A stretch of DNA of 63,834 nucleotides, the filler included, from Lenisia limosa (Eukaryota > Protista > Breviatea): assembly GCA_001655205.1 (NCBI GenBank). It is 12 parts of 12 records of this genome, joined end to end, with 100 filler letters (N's around TTAATTAATTAA, not from the genome) between each part and the next. Parts side by side here need not be neighbours in the genome. Positions count along the whole stretch, not along the records: positions 26,725 to 31,261 come from LPNZ01005319.1; positions 31,362 to 34,507 come from LPNZ01007081.1; positions 34,608 to 37,671 come from LPNZ01008895.1; positions 37,772 to 39,814 come from LPNZ01003644.1; 8 more parts are not named here. The stretch is one strand, 5' to 3'. Shown here piece by piece: positions 26,725 to 39,914 of this stretch. The position numbers and the translations under genes are program-made. Numbering within the stretch: the stretch's first letter is position 1; each line of letters starts with the position of its first letter. The notes below the pieces were generated by a model that worked only from the letters and a program-made list of their open reading frames with translations, ran no database searches and was not told where the DNA came from.

Positions 26725-27873
26725 TATCTGTTCTTGTTAATCTGAAAACGCAAATACTCAGGATGAGAAACGATAAAGGGGTTGAACGGCTGACGCTATC
26801 ACCATCAAATTTCGAAGGGATAATCATTTGCCTTACAACCCAATTGATAACGAAACCCCCTGATCCTTTGAAGCTACTCTCGAGTACATATGATACACTG
26901 AGAATGGTCGATTATTTTAAGCAAGTCTCCATCACTGAAAAACACAAACGATTAACCACAGAATAATGAGGAGAATACAGAAAGAGTACCTTTGAATGTT
27001 TGGTGGCAAATTCTTCAATATTGCCTTTGAAAAGCTCCAATTGTTCTGTCATCTGTTTGGTGAGAGGTGGCCAAATATGTATGTTTCTTCACACATAGTC
27101 CTCCATCATGGTTATTTTTAGATATGATATGTATGATATACAATTGAGAATATAATATATACTATGTATATGTATATCTATCAATACACAACCAACACAT
27201 AAATCTGGGTAATTTATGGAGATGTGAAATGCTACTTGTCTGCCGAAAACTTCCACACCTTTATCAACGGAATATACAAGTAGCCCGGCGACTGCCCCCC
27301 CCCCAGTCACCTTTGTAATATCTTCTGACTGGATAGCAGCTCCTGTTTTCTGGTACTGATTCTTGGGAGGTGAAGAAGACAAGATCCCAAGTGGGGAGTA
27401 GTTTTATTTGTTTATAGTATCCCTATGTATTTATTCTGTACCCTACAAAGTAATGAAAGTGAGAGTATCTGGTAGAAGTCGTACAGAATATTACGCGTAT
27501 TAGAGATTTTGGAGAAAAGATAAACTAATATACCATGTTCACCTTACAGATACAGTAATTAAAAACCCAGATCCCTTCTATTATAGCACATATCCACAAC
27601 GGGAAAACACAGGATCCCGGACCAACCTGAACCCTCGCCTTGCCCTTCAGGCCTCCAACTCCAACTGCTCGTCGCTGAGGTGTAAAAATAGAAAATTGAT
27701 GAAACTAATAAGCCCAAAATCAACTTTGTTGGCTGGGATCAAATGGGAGATGATAGAAATATGACATCATATTGAGAAGTGGGATGAGAGGGAATTATTG
27801 AAATACTCTATGTATTATGTGTATATATAATATGAAAGAATGGGGAATGGAAGGGGAGTGTAGGTACAAACAT
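26725..27873 (-). CDS. SNF8: ESCRT-II subunit SNF8/Vps22, 5' part
   Basis: MF|RRAVGVGGLKGKARVQ|NQYQKTGAAIQSEDITK|MTEQLELFKGNIEEFATKHSK matches the recalled SNF8 N-terminus (QMSKQLDMFKTNLEEFASKH). Start codon and last exon are tentative. Confidence 0.85.
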
Positions 27874-28434
27874 ATTAGGTTGTTGACGAAGGTTGAAAGG
27901 GAATAATGTGGGATTACTAAAAAAAAATAAACATTTTGTGAAAATGTGGGAATTATAAAAATAAAAACATATTGTGAAAAGGGATAACATCCAAAAATAA
28001 TTGTTATAAAAAATAGCTGGTATCTCAACTAAGGTTAAAAATAAAAAGATAGAACCATTCCAGTCATAGGGGAAGGAAAGGGAAGAAAACTGATAGTGAA
28101 GAAAGGTGAACAAGGTGAACAAGAGAAACTTTGCTCAATTTACATCAAATTTATATATTTCTCACAAAACGGACAAAGACCCATTGGAGAAGGCCTAATT
28201 CCCCACATACCACCATTGTTGCTGCTCGTTGCTTCTTCTTTCTTTATAAATTGAGTTTAGTATTTTTATTATTATACTTGTGAACAGGCAGCTTGGAGGC
28301 AGCGCGAAATGCGAAAAACAAAATATTGTTAAAAGGGGAAGATATACTCCCCATGTCTAAATTTTATAAATTGGGCGCGCTTTCCGAAAATTTCTCCGCT
28401 TCTTGTTGTTGTATTTCATCAAATGTAAAACAAA

Positions 28435-30744
28435 ATGGCACCTTGGAAGTTAAAAGGGGCAAAGGCACCAAGGGTAGGGTCTTGTTGTGAGTGTTTCCTC
28501 CTTACCCCTCCCACAGTTTCTTAAGAAGCTCGGTCGTGGTAAAAGTCGTACAGCTGAAGAGATAAGAGCAGTTAGCGACGCATTTCAGCTTCGGCTAAAG
28601 AAGCTCGAAGATGCCAACACAGCTTTGAACAAGTATCTTGAGGCGGTCAAATGTAAGGAGTGCTTCTGATCCTCTATTAGTTACCATGCGATTGAAGTAT
28701 TAATAAATTTGTGATTGCTTGTGACATCTTTGTTATATTGGAGTTCACCCTTATCGGAACCAACATTGCTGCTATGTCTTGCTTTTGACATGCTTCAGGC
28801 AGTACCGAGATGTTCGCCAAGTGCACCTCGGCGCTCACTGATGTTTGTTGGGGCGTTTATGCTCTCATTTCCTCAGGGATTTGCTTCAGTACCACACAGT
28901 AGTCAAATGCAAGATTATTTCAATTTATTTTCACTCTTGTGAGCAAGCATCACGCAATGATATGTGCTAATTGACCGATAAAACTCAATGAAACTCTAAT
29001 GCACTCGGAGTGAATCCTTCTGTATCTCTGTTCATCACTTCAACTCAAAACTCGGTCATATCAATAGTGAATAGAACAACAAGCTCAGATGATTGGAATT
29101 TCCAATGATTGGGTGAAAAGTGTCTCTTTTGTTTGATAAAGTCCCATTACTTCTCCACACAGCTTTCTCCCCACAACGAAGCACTTGCATCTGCCTCGGT
29201 CAAAGCCACCTGCAGCTGGCAAGTCCACCCCAACCCCCGCGGCTCCTCACAATCCCTCACCACTGGGCANNNNNNNNNNNNNNNNNNNNNNNNNNNNNNN
29301 NNNNNNNNNNNNNNNNNNNNNNNNNNNNNNNNNNNNNNNNNNNNNNNNNNNNNNNNNNNNNNNNNNNNNNNNNNNNNNNNNNNNNNNNNNNNNNNNNNNN
29401 NNNNNNNNNNNNNNNNNNNNNNNNNNNNNNNNNNNNNNNNNNNNNNNNNNTGGGGAAATCTTGTTGTTTGAGGAGTGGTAGACCTTTATTTATCGGGCTT
29501 CCACAGCACTTGGTGTATAATATATGTACTATATGAAGGGCTTCACTCCAATCTTAACATTAGAATGATTTGCTAGAATAATGTCATTTGTCTTCTTAAG
29601 CCCCTGTCACATATCATATGATATAATATGCTTTACTCTTTTTATTTTTCAGGCCAATACTGTTTGTGAGGGTGTCACAGGCCGCATTTCTGCTCTTAAA
29701 CAGCAGGGTGATACTTTGAAGGTGCGTCCGGGACTGTATTTCAGTATGATAAATGGTTGGGTTAGTATTCCAAACAGGATGATGAGAACGGCTTTCGACG
29801 GATATGTGTAACTGGATTTCTATTTCTTCATTGTTTTCACATGGTAATAATCAAGATAAAGATATGTTAAGACGTTCCCCAATGCTATTTCTTGATAAAA
29901 TGAGGATATTTTCAAGGTTTATTCGTCACACAATGCATTAAATCATCGATTTGTAAATGTATCGAGAAAATCCTTATGTTCCCTGCTCCTCACGTGTTAG
30001 AAAAGCGTGAAGGAAGAAGCCGAACTGTACCGAAAAGTCCAGTCTTCGCAAAAGTATGTTAATATTGTTTTGAATTATTTCTCATTGACACATTATTGTG
30101 TTATTTTCAAAGATATTTCTGAAATAATGGTGTTTATTCGCTTGATATGGAATTTTTTTTGTTTTTAATTCCTCTAGGAAGATTTCGTCCTTGAAGACGG
30201 GCGATCCGAAAGTCCAAACGGTGTGTCGGGTTGACAATCACTTTCTGAGAATATTGACCCATATCCACTTGTTATTTGATCATTTGAACGGCTTTTGAGG
30301 CGAAATGTTGAATGGATAGCATGAGGGGTTTCCCATGTATCAGAGTATCATTGGGACATGTTGGTCAATTATCACACTAATGGCTATGATATTAAACCAA
30401 TAGTGGAAAATAATGTGAGAACAAACAGTATAATAATATGTAGGATATGAATAAACCTATTGCATATCGAAGAGCATAAACTTACGAAACTACTCTCTAT
30501 CTAAATCTAGAACTGGCTTGTGGTTTTTTTGTATTGTTGTTTGAATCCTCATTGATTCGCAAATGTTTAATCAACAGAGTTGATTCTGGCTGTTTTGTTC
30601 CGTAAAGTTTCCCCTTTAACTTTCCAGTTGGAAGTGGAGCTTGAGGGACGGCACCAGGCCCACAACAAGCTGGTCGAGGCCCTGCTACCGGACCTAGAAG
30701 TGTTCAATGCCGAGGCTGATGACGTGGTCGCCCAGGCCATCTCA
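28435..30744 (+). CDS. BAR-domain (amphiphysin/Rvs-like) helical protein
   Basis: MAPWKLKGAKAPR|FLKKLGRGKS...NTALNKYLEAVK|...|KSVKEEAELYRKVQSSQK|...|LEVELEGRHQAHNKLVEALLPDL; eight phase-consistent exons; 3' end uncertain. Confidence 0.6.
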
Positions 30745-30921
30745 GTGGTGCGCTGGGATTCGAATTGCCTCTTAGTCATCTCGATAAGGGGAGGGGTGCC
30801 TTATGGTGCCGGGGTATGGAAAGATAGGACCGAATAATGTAGAGAGGGGTGTTTCAGTTCAAAATACCCTTGTAGTATTCATGTGTTGTATTGTTCCCAA
30901 AAGGGTAACATGTTCAGTGGA

Positions 30922-31218
30922 TGAATTCGCACTCCATGTACGTCCAACGCATCAATGACGACCTGACATCTCTTCTCCCCCTCACAAGTGGCATGACCGT
31001 TTCACAGTCTTCATCATCCCTAAATGATGACTTGGCTTCTCCACGACGTCTACACAACAGAACCCCTTCCACGGTTCGCTGATTGGCTTCGTTCCCTCTC
31101 TCTCTTTCAATCTGTCGTTCTTTTTGTCTTTCTTTTCTTTCTTTTGTTTATCTTCTTTAAAAACTACGGGAAAAGAATCACCATAATATGAGTTTAATGT
31201 GTGCACTTCCATGCTCAC
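30922..31218 (-). CDS. 3' end of a hypothetical protein
   Basis: ...EPWKGFCCVDVVEKPSHHLGMMKTVKRSCHL|SSLMRWTYMECEFIH* with GT-AG intron. Confidence 0.35.
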
Positions 31219-31261
31219 AAACCATAATCTGACTTGTCAGGAAATCCCGGCAGCCCCCCGA

Positions 31262-31361
31262 NNNNNNNNNNNNNNNNNNNNNNNNNNNNNNNNNNNNNNN
31301 NNNNNTTAATTAATTAANNNNNNNNNNNNNNNNNNNNNNNNNNNNNNNNNNNNNNNNNNNN
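31262..31361. other. Artificial scaffold-join spacer 4
   Basis: 44 N + TTAATTAATTAA + 44 N. Confidence 0.97.
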
Positions 31362-31463
31362 TTATCATAGTATAGACAGTGGCGATACGTCCTGATATAA
31401 TTGACTAAAGATAAAGCTGAATATACGTGTCAGGACTTTCACGGTCAGTGTGTATTAGCATTA

Positions 31464-31559
31464 GGGCTTCCCTGCGGTCCCAAAAAAGACCGAAATTCTC
31501 GATAAATCCTCGAGAAATATCGATATTTGACCGGTCTTTTTCGGACCGTAGGGAAGCCG
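31464..31559. mobile_element. MITE family A, subfamily 2
   Basis: ta|gggcttccctgcggtcccaaaaaagaccg...cggtcttttttcggaccgtagggaagccg|ta. Confidence 0.85.
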
Positions 31560-31750
31560 TAATTAGCATACGCAGAAAGCTGTCCTTGTGGGGTGAATTA
31601 GTATTATTCTATACAATATATATTTCCCAAGCGTGAGGTTGTGGACGCTTGGGCCAGATACTCCCTCGTTTTATTTCTCATCTCTACATATTCCCATATT
31701 TTGTTGTTTTTAGGCGAAGCCATCGCAGAATAACTGTTCACATTCCACAG

Positions 31751-32586
31751 GGGAAGTTACTGAGAAGCGGTTTACTCCTGATACTGAAATGAAGCAAACT
31801 GCCGTGACTGTGGTCAAACCCGGCATGGCCACTTATATCCATGGTGCGGGGTGTGTGTTTAGAGCTTCAATCTGGTACGAAAAAGACTGGTAAACTATCG
31901 AAATACTGTCGATGATTGAAAGAGAAATCCACGCATTTTCTGTATCGGAGAGAAGAACCAAATATATTACATCATTTACAAATTTGTTACTTCCCAACTC
32001 CGAGCAACATTAATCCCACCATGAACTGTTTATTTTTTTTGCTTTCAACAAACGTATGGCATATTTGCACAAAACAATTGCTGACTTACATTATTTCATC
32101 TTTTCTAATAAAAGTGTTACTTCCCCGACACTATGCGACGTATTTGAGCAGCATTACCTCCTGCCAATACTATTTTATTTGGTTTCTTCTCGCCACCATG
32201 AATATATTTCGTATCTGTTTATTTGTATTTTTTTCTTTGCAAATAATAACAAGTAATCACCCCCAAGACTCCATGGCCTACCATCAAATCTGCGAGACCA
32301 GTGGCGGCAACTCAGTTTCCCTGCACGTCTACTCTCCCCCCATCAAGGACTGCCTTATCTTCGATGAGGTGATTGGCGTTAAGAAAGGGGGGCTTTGTTT
32401 TTGTTGTTTTCAATGTGTGTGTAGATAAGCTGTTGGGACTTTTTGCCAGTTTGCTTTTTTGTTTGCTCCCCACCCCCTTCTTTTTCGTTTTAATTCCCTT
32501 CCCCTTAGAACTCAAAGGAAGCCAAGAAGGTGACGATGAAGTACAACACAATGCCAGATGAAAATGGCAACCCTATTGTGTGCTAA
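31751..32586 (+). CDS. CDO1: Cysteine dioxygenase (cupin), C-terminal three exons
   Basis: GEVTEKRF...MATYIH|DSMAYHQICETSGGNSVSLHVYSPPIKDCLIFDE|NSKEAKKVTMKYNT...* has the SLHxYSPP signature and third iron-binding His; the upstream HxH exon was not found. Confidence 0.85.
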
Positions 32587-34327
32587 GGTTTCAGCTGTTG
32601 CATGGTCGCGTTGTGACTTCGAACAGTACGGGTTGGACCCGTCTTATAACTCTGCATTTGATCTGATATATATGATGCATATATTATATGCTATCTTTAC
32701 CTTGTTTTTATGTCAACGGGAGAAAGGTTTGGTAATGTTTGTTCCAGTAATAGTGCTATTATTAGAACAGCGAGTGCCAGTTTTAAAGAATAATTATCAT
32801 AACGATATGGTAGGGTTTCAATAGTATGCTTTTCACCCTTAGTTACTGATATTATTAGAACGGGACCTTTGAATCATTGTACATTTGAAAATTGTACATT
32901 TGAATCAGAAACCATAGTTCATACCCATTCTGTTGCCCATTTGCATGCCCATTCCCATGCCTCCTATATGCGTGAGAGGTGGGTGAAGAATCTCAAATCT
33001 CATCGAAGAGAAATCGACATATCACAAAATTACTTGTAAAAGCTACATGTGAAAATATCGAAATTTGCCGAGGATTTATTGAGAATATAGTGGAACCTTC
33101 AGTGGAACCGAGAGGAAAAAATCATATACTAATTATAAGGGAACAAACAAATCACACAACCCGGGTATCTCTCTCTATTCANNNNNNNNNNNNNNNNNNN
33201 NNNNNNNNNNNNNNNNNNNNNNNNNNNNNNNNNNNNNNNGTCCATTTGGTTGACGGGTTGTGACCAATCCCTCTAAATGGTATCGTGAAATTAATTTATT
33301 ACGGAATTAAAGTGTCTGAAGGGGTTTTTGTTACAATATATCAACTTCAAATTTTAATTGTAATCTCAAAAAACTGCGTGAGAAATAAAGTGTCTGGAAT
33401 AAGGTTCTGATTAAAATATATTCCATCTCAAATTTTAATTTATTTTCCCAATTACAATTAGCATGTAATCCCCCCCCCCCCNNNNNNNNNNNNNNNATTG
33501 ACATGTCTTGAGGAGGAAAATGCGGTTCGCGCATCCTAGGATGTAAGCTGGCTTTGGAACAAATACATACTATAGTTCCTTTGCTACATTACATGTGCCG
33601 TAAATATGGGGAACAATCATAAAAAAAAATAAAAAAAAATAGGGTACCTTGGAATTAATTACCAGAATCAATAATTATTTTTCGAAGCAATTAATGGTCA
33701 AATATTTGCCAAACTAAAAATAACAAACTGTATTACATCTCATTTGTAGTGCAGATCTACGATACCCTTTCATATGGTGTTTAACAAATCGAAACCGAAA
33801 ATAATGTTTTGTAAGTAGAATCAAGGGTATTCTAAGTTAGCGGGGTAAGGTTAAATGGCCTTTTTTGGGATATTTCTCGATATTATCAATTCTAACAATT
33901 TTTCCAGAGCTACCCATTTTTACTCTCTCTAAAAGACCGCTGAGAAAGGAAAAAGGGGGGATGTGGCAAGATCAGAGAGCGATTATTCAAATAGTGCATC
34001 TTTCAGCTTGCTTACAGTGCGAAACGCTGTATTCAAGTTGTAAGTGTTGACTGACAACTCTTAAATGAAGAGAACAGAAAAGTGTGATCACTAAAGAAAA
34101 AAAAAGAGAATTCCTTTTTGAAAAAAAAGACCCTTGACCTCGAGCCCAAAAACCGTCTAAAAACGATCTTATTCCCACTTGGCCACTAAAAAAAAAGGCG
34201 CGCAAATAATGTCCTTTACAGCCCTCACCCCGGCTTTTCTAAAAATGGGCTCTTCTATATTTGCAAAAAGTAACCTTTAATCTTTTATTTTTTGTTTATA
34301 AAAACTACAGACGCTGTCACCTCCTTT

Positions 34328-34507
34328 TTAGATGAGTTCCTTTTCATCCCCCCCTAACATGTCTATCAGGGCGCTATGCCGAAGCCTTTTTTCCTCAATC
34401 TGCCGCATCTCCTGGATACGCATTTCCCTTTTGCGGATTTCAAACTGCTGCATTTCGAGCTGGGCCTGGAGGTCTCTCTGTGCGGCCTCGCGTTGCATGT
34501 CAAAATT
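34328..34507 (-). CDS. C-terminal coiled-coil fragment
   Basis: NFDMQREAAQRDLQAQLEMQQFEIRKREMRIQEMRQIEEKRLRHSALIDMLGGDEKELI*. Confidence 0.5.
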   Translation of the reverse strand, partial: NFDMQREAAQRDLQAQLEMQQFEIRKREMRIQEMRQIEEKRLRHSALIDMLGGDEKELI

Positions 34508-34607
34508 NNNNNNNNNNNNNNNNNNNNNNNNNNNNNNNNNNNNNNNNNNNNTTAATTAATTAANNNNNNNNNNNNNNNNNNNNNNNNNNNNNNNNNNNNN
34601 NNNNNNN
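34508..34607. other. Artificial scaffold-join spacer 5
   Basis: 44 N + TTAATTAATTAA + 44 N. Confidence 0.97.
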
Positions 34608-34623
34608 CCCCCCCCCCCCCCAC

Positions 34624-37480
34624 CTCTCTGACAGACTAGGATTCAGCTTGGTGTCTTCTGCATCCAACATTCGCTGGGAGGTGAGCTAAGACGAACGTGC
34701 CAAATAACAAAATATAAAGCAATTCACCCAATCATTTGCCTTACAACTCTGTGCACAGCTTTCTGCGTGCCTCCCCAGCATACAACAAAACAATAACGAG
34801 CTGAATTACCCCCTTGTTCTGAAGTATTTAACCTATATGAAAAAAAAGTTGAGTACCCCCCCCCCCCCNNNNNNNNNNNNNNNNNNNNNNNNNNNNNNNN
34901 NNNNNNNNNNNNNNNNNNNNNNNNNNNNNNNNNNNNNNNNNNNNNNNNNNNNNNNNNNNNNNNNNNNNNNNNNNNNNNNNNNNNNNNNNNNNNNNNCCCT
35001 AGGATATTTCGTTCCTGGGGTGGCTGGTGATTTTTTTGCAGTAAAGTCTCTATTGAAACTAGGATCATAGGGATCCAGTGGTTAACCACACAAATGAAAC
35101 CTGGGATTTGAAACAAGTTTGCTCCGGGTTATTCAGTTGTGTTAGCTCGTCATAGGATTCCCTCCAGAGGAAAAGGGAAACAATTGAAGACACAGAGGGA
35201 AGAAAAAACGAAGGAAGTCATCACATTGGCTCTGGTATGTTGCAGCCCCCAGCCCCACACACACACACATAAATAACAGCATTAATCCTTCCCACATAAA
35301 TAACAGCATTAATCCCCCTTCTTTTCCTTCACACATAAATAACCGCATTAATCCACCTTCTCTTCCTTCCCACATAAATAACCGCCGCCATCTCTTTTCG
35401 AGTGGACACATTATCAGTTGCCGCCTTCTTCTCAGCTTCACCCTGAATGTTAATGGGAATAAAATGGCATACTCAAAATTAGGGCTTCACTTCGGTTGAA
35501 AAAAAGACCGAATCTCTCGATAAATCCTCGATAAATATCGATATTTTACCGGTCTTTTTTGAACCGAAGTGAAGCCGTACTCATGATACGACCTTGCTAT
35601 AGCAAATTCACATCCCATCCCCAAAAGATGGAAGAGTAACCCAAATTAATATTTTTTTATTTTAGAGGTAGGTTCTAGTTCTATCCCAGCTTACTGAGTC
35701 AAAAATTGAGAACTCTGTTCCGACAAAGTTAGACCTGAACTGGTGAGATCTGAAGATCTGACCGCACTGCAACAATATTCATCACGTTTGTGCATAAATA
35801 AAGATCCCATCCCTGGGTACCGTAATTTGCCCAGGAAGTTCCCTGAATGCCTTTGTAAATCCTCCTTGTGCAAGCTTATCTAAAAGGTTATGCAAAATGA
35901 GCTTTCTTGATAGTCGCATAAAGCTTGTTAAAATCCTGCTTTTATTACTCCTCTTTCTTATAACTGCTCTTCCCCACACCCCCAACCAGATAGCAAAAAA
36001 GATGTGTGCTCTAAGGCTGATTCATTATTCCCACCAACCACGTAGTTGGCGCTGCTTTTCATTTTCCTCTTTCGAGCCGCCATTAGAAATCGACTGCCTT
36101 TCTCCAGCTCCATCTAAACGGTGATTCAATATCGAAACCGAATCATATAATATAATGAATATTACATATTTCTTCATTTTACTGTCTCATCATAATATAT
36201 CAATGAGAAATAAACAATAAGGTTGTATCTGGCCAGCACTATTCAAAATAGCGTATCATTATCNNNNNNNNNNNNNNNNNNNNNNNNNNNNNNNNNNNNN
36301 NNNNNNNNNNNNNNNNNNNNNNNNNNNNNNNNNNNNNNNNNNNNNNNNNNNNNNNNNNNNNNNNNNNNNNNNNNNNNNNNNNNNNNNNNNNNNNNNNNNN
36401 NNNNNNNNNNNNNNNNNNNNNNNNNNNNNNNGCGTGATTTTGCACTCCACTGGCCCGGTATTGGGTCCTGGCCTAGGGAAATGAACTGATGAAAGCAAAA
36501 TAAACAGGAAAATCGGCTCTATACCCACTCAAAAAACCCCTCCCCCATATATCCATGTAAATATATATATAGCTAGCATATGATATAGTATATCATATAC
36601 TATACTATATAAATATATATATAANNNNNNNNNNNNNNNNNNNNNNNNNNNNNNNNNNNNNNNNNNNNNNNNNNNNNNNNNNNNNNNNNNNNNNNNNNNN
36701 NNNNNNNNNNNNNNNNNNNNNNNNAACAGTTTTCTGGATGGTTTTTGAAGTTGAGGTTATGCGAAGATTTCCTCCCCAACTCGAGACCCCAATATATCAA
36801 TATGCCTAAACCCATCTAATATATCAATACTTCTGATCCAAGACCCCACGTGGTACAGAATCGACGAACGTCAGATAAGTTGTAGTCTTGGGTCACAAGC
36901 TCCTCTGTATCTCTGGGGGGGGGGGGGNNNNNNNNNNNNNNNNNNNNNNNNNNNNNNNNNNNNNNNNNNNNNNNNNNNNNNNNNNNNNNNNNNNNNNNNN
37001 NNNNNNNNNNNNNNNNNNNNNNNNNNNNNNNNNNNNCCCCAAAGCACCCAATTTGATTCTCGTCGAAATCCTGTGCCTCAAGTGGAGAGTGCTTAGCTAC
37101 ACTCATGGGGGAGGGGGCTGTGAAGGTTACAGAGGGAAAGGAGGTGGTACACTATGTGCTTATTGGTGTCAACTTGGGCTTCACTTCGGTCCGAAAAAGA
37201 CCGGTTAAATATCGAGAGTTTTCGAGGATTTATCGAGAAATTCAGTCTTTTTCCGAACCGAAGTGAAGCCCTAATATCAATTGAGATGAGATGGACTCTA
37301 TGATCCGAAAAGGGCTGCAATATTAAAGGTACCTGTCACCGAGAAACCAGCCCATCGTGCCAGTTTTTAATGCAGTTGGGAACAAAGCGATCTCGGGACA
37401 CATATCAGACAGAGCAGCCTACCTGATGGGGGTGATTTGACGGATTGTGCCCTTTCATTAGTGATGCGCTAAAGGGTCAG
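34624..37480 (-). CDS. Hypothetical multi-exon protein
   Basis: Short GT-AG exons such as DGAGERQSISNGGSKEENEKQRQLR and GEAEKKAATDNVSTRKEMAA; gaps prevent a full model. Confidence 0.35.
34722..34790 (+). repeat. Family C segment of B+C repeat
   Basis: ttcacccaatcatttgccttacaactctgtgcacagctttctgcgtgcctccccagcatac, nearly identical to 13621-13682. Confidence 0.8.
35482..35577. mobile_element. MITE family A copy
   Basis: ta|gggcttcacttcggttgaaaaaaagaccg...cggtcttttttgaaccgaagtgaagccg|ta. Confidence 0.85.
37176..37271. mobile_element. MITE family A copy
   Basis: gggcttcacttcggtccgaaaaagac...gtctttttccgaaccgaagtgaagccc|ta. Confidence 0.85.
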
Positions 37481-37671
37481 CTTTTGGAGGAAATGAGGAA
37501 TCCTATGGCTAGAACAGCACGTTGTAATTGTGCATCCATTCAAATTGCATTTAACAAGTGATTTAAAATTTGTGTAAAGAAAATCTTTGTCTAATATATC
37601 ATCGTATATCATATATCATATATATAATATACATATGTGGATATAATATAACTTAAGAATTACGCAATGAA

Positions 37672-37771
37672 NNNNNNNNNNNNNNNNNNNNNNNNNNNNN
37701 NNNNNNNNNNNNNNNTTAATTAATTAANNNNNNNNNNNNNNNNNNNNNNNNNNNNNNNNNNNNNNNNNNNN
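37672..37771. other. Artificial scaffold-join spacer 6
   Basis: 44 N + TTAATTAATTAA + 44 N. Confidence 0.97.
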
Positions 37772-37934
37772 AGGTGGCTAAAAGCAAAACAACCCATTGA
37801 TACCCCAGCTAAGGTGCGATGTGCTAATAAGATATGATCATATATTACGTAATATATGATCATATCTTAAATTTGGCATTAGCACATCGCACCTTAGCTG
37901 GGGTATCAATGGGTTGTTTTGCTTTTAGCCACCT
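37772..37934. repeat. Fold-back inverted repeat at scaffold start
   Basis: 57-bp perfect arms (37772-37828 / 37878-37934) enclosing a perfect 40-bp palindrome (37829-37868). Confidence 0.9.
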
Positions 37935-38141
37935 TCCTTCACCCCCGCAGCCCCAGTATACACCCCACAGTATGTGTTCCCCCAAAACAACCTCCAACAA
38001 CCCCAGGTAGGAGGAACTGGAGGCTTGGTATCTTTTTTGTTTTGATTTCGCCTGTAATAAAAATTGGAGATGCAGCACGGTATTATTTGGTCGAACTTTA
38101 ATATAAACTCACAGTTGGAACAACCTGTCTTATCTCTTCAG

Positions 38142-39275
38142 GAACCCTTTTCCGCCCAACCCCCATTCCATGCATCCTTCACCCCAGTCCAACCGTCACA
38201 GGTACTGGAGTGAACCGAGCATACATTTTTAGTGATTGTTTTGATTAGATCATCTTTCTACATACTGTATCAAATTATATTTATGCTTTTTTTTTTGAAA
38301 GACGTTTTCCTTTCTCACTCCCCCTTTGCTATCACCAAATTTGTAATCTTTATGACGAAAGCGATTGGGAGGTCTAAAAACTTACCCTTTAGCCGCCAAT
38401 GGCATCCCAAGTTCCCATGTCCTTCATCCCCAACCTCCAAGCCTTTCAGGCCTCTCAAATGTTCCCTCAGAACCCGCAAACACAACTTATTCCCCAATCC
38501 GTTCCAACCAAAGAGGCTCCTTCAGGTAATAAAGGCCATGCAAAAACAACTTTCTCCGTAAAATGTGTGCACATTTTATGTGGGTGTCTACAGAATATGT
38601 TGTCAAATCGGGAGGGGGGGGGGGGGNNNNNNNNNNNNNNNNNNNNNNNNNNNNNNNNNNNNNNNNNNNNNNNNNNNNNNNNNNNNNNNNNNNNNNNNNN
38701 NNNNNNNNNTCATTTTACTTACTTCAGAAATGAGTGAACTTCAAAAGACAAAGGACACTATTGATCACCTAATGAGAAAACAGTCCAAAGTGAGGAGTGC
38801 ATTGAGCTGACTCTGCTGAAGCCCATATATATACTGAAAGTTATAAGTTTAACCGCACAAGCCAAACTAACATAGTACTCATCTTAAAGCAACCAAATGA
38901 TATCTTATGATAATACTATGTGACATCTATTTTCCTTTTAGAAACAGTCACAGACTCCAATGATGCTTTTCGTTATTTGCTGATAACCTAACCTTGCAGT
39001 TTGAGTCGTCTCTGGAAGCCATGCGGAGGAAGTCGAAAAGTTCACCCCCACCATCCCCGGATCGGAACTACCATTCACAGCGGTCGTCCGGCCGACAAAA
39101 CTCGGTCCATGGGTGGGAGGGCCAATCGGAAGAGAAATCATCAGTGCTGTGATATCGAAGATTAGTGTCTTACATTTCTGACATTGCATAGGAAAGAAGG
39201 CCTTGGAATGAAGTTGGAAAGCTCCCTCTCAAGCCTCAGGAAAATGTTGGATAGCGACGATGAAAGTGGGGGGGT
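38142..39275 (+). CDS. Hypothetical Pro/Gln/Ser-rich multi-exon protein (partial)
   Basis: Exons PPMASQVPMSFIPNLQAFQ..., EMSELQKTKDTIDHLMRKQSK, FESSLEAMRRKSKSSPPPSPDR with GT-AG boundaries. Confidence 0.45.
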
Positions 39276-39814
39276 CAATGACACCACTGGATACACATTC
39301 CTCGATATCTCGTTGGTTGAGACCGCGGTTACAGTTTAGAGCCAAGACGAGCCAGGCACACGCAACAGCCGTTTGATGCCCTCAGTCCAGCTGCATCTAA
39401 AAGGTGGGGGTCGAAGAGTAAGGTAAGAACAGTGAGTGATATTGTACTCCGGAGAGGGTATGGGATGATACTGCTCGCACAATGTCAGCACATGATATGT
39501 AGTACACGAATATCGTCGATAGGTAACATCTCAGACGTGCGGACCGCCACGCAAGATTGCAGTCCGCGTATAAGGAGCTCACACACATCTAAGTGTGTCA
39601 TTGATGTATATTAGTTGTTAGTATTTGATCGGGCATTTTTTAAGTTAGTATTGATCTTGGGCATTATTTAGTTGTTAGAATTGATCTTGGGCATTTAAGG
39701 TAAGGTTCATTTTCCAAAAAGAAACCACACAATACATAAGATTAATAAATTCGTCTAGTAGAAGGACTTGTCAATGCTAGCTCCGCAGATGTTTGTTGTT
39801 CCTGGAAGGGGGGG

Positions 39815-39914
39815 NNNNNNNNNNNNNNNNNNNNNNNNNNNNNNNNNNNNNNNNNNNNTTAATTAATTAANNNNNNNNNNNNNNNNNNNNNNNNNNNNNN
39901 NNNNNNNNNNNNNN
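39815..39914. other. Artificial scaffold-join spacer 7
   Basis: 44 N + TTAATTAATTAA + 44 N. Confidence 0.97.

Noticed and set aside
31916-32428. 170-aa ORF
   Set aside because: Mostly AT-rich intron; only its end is the CDO exon
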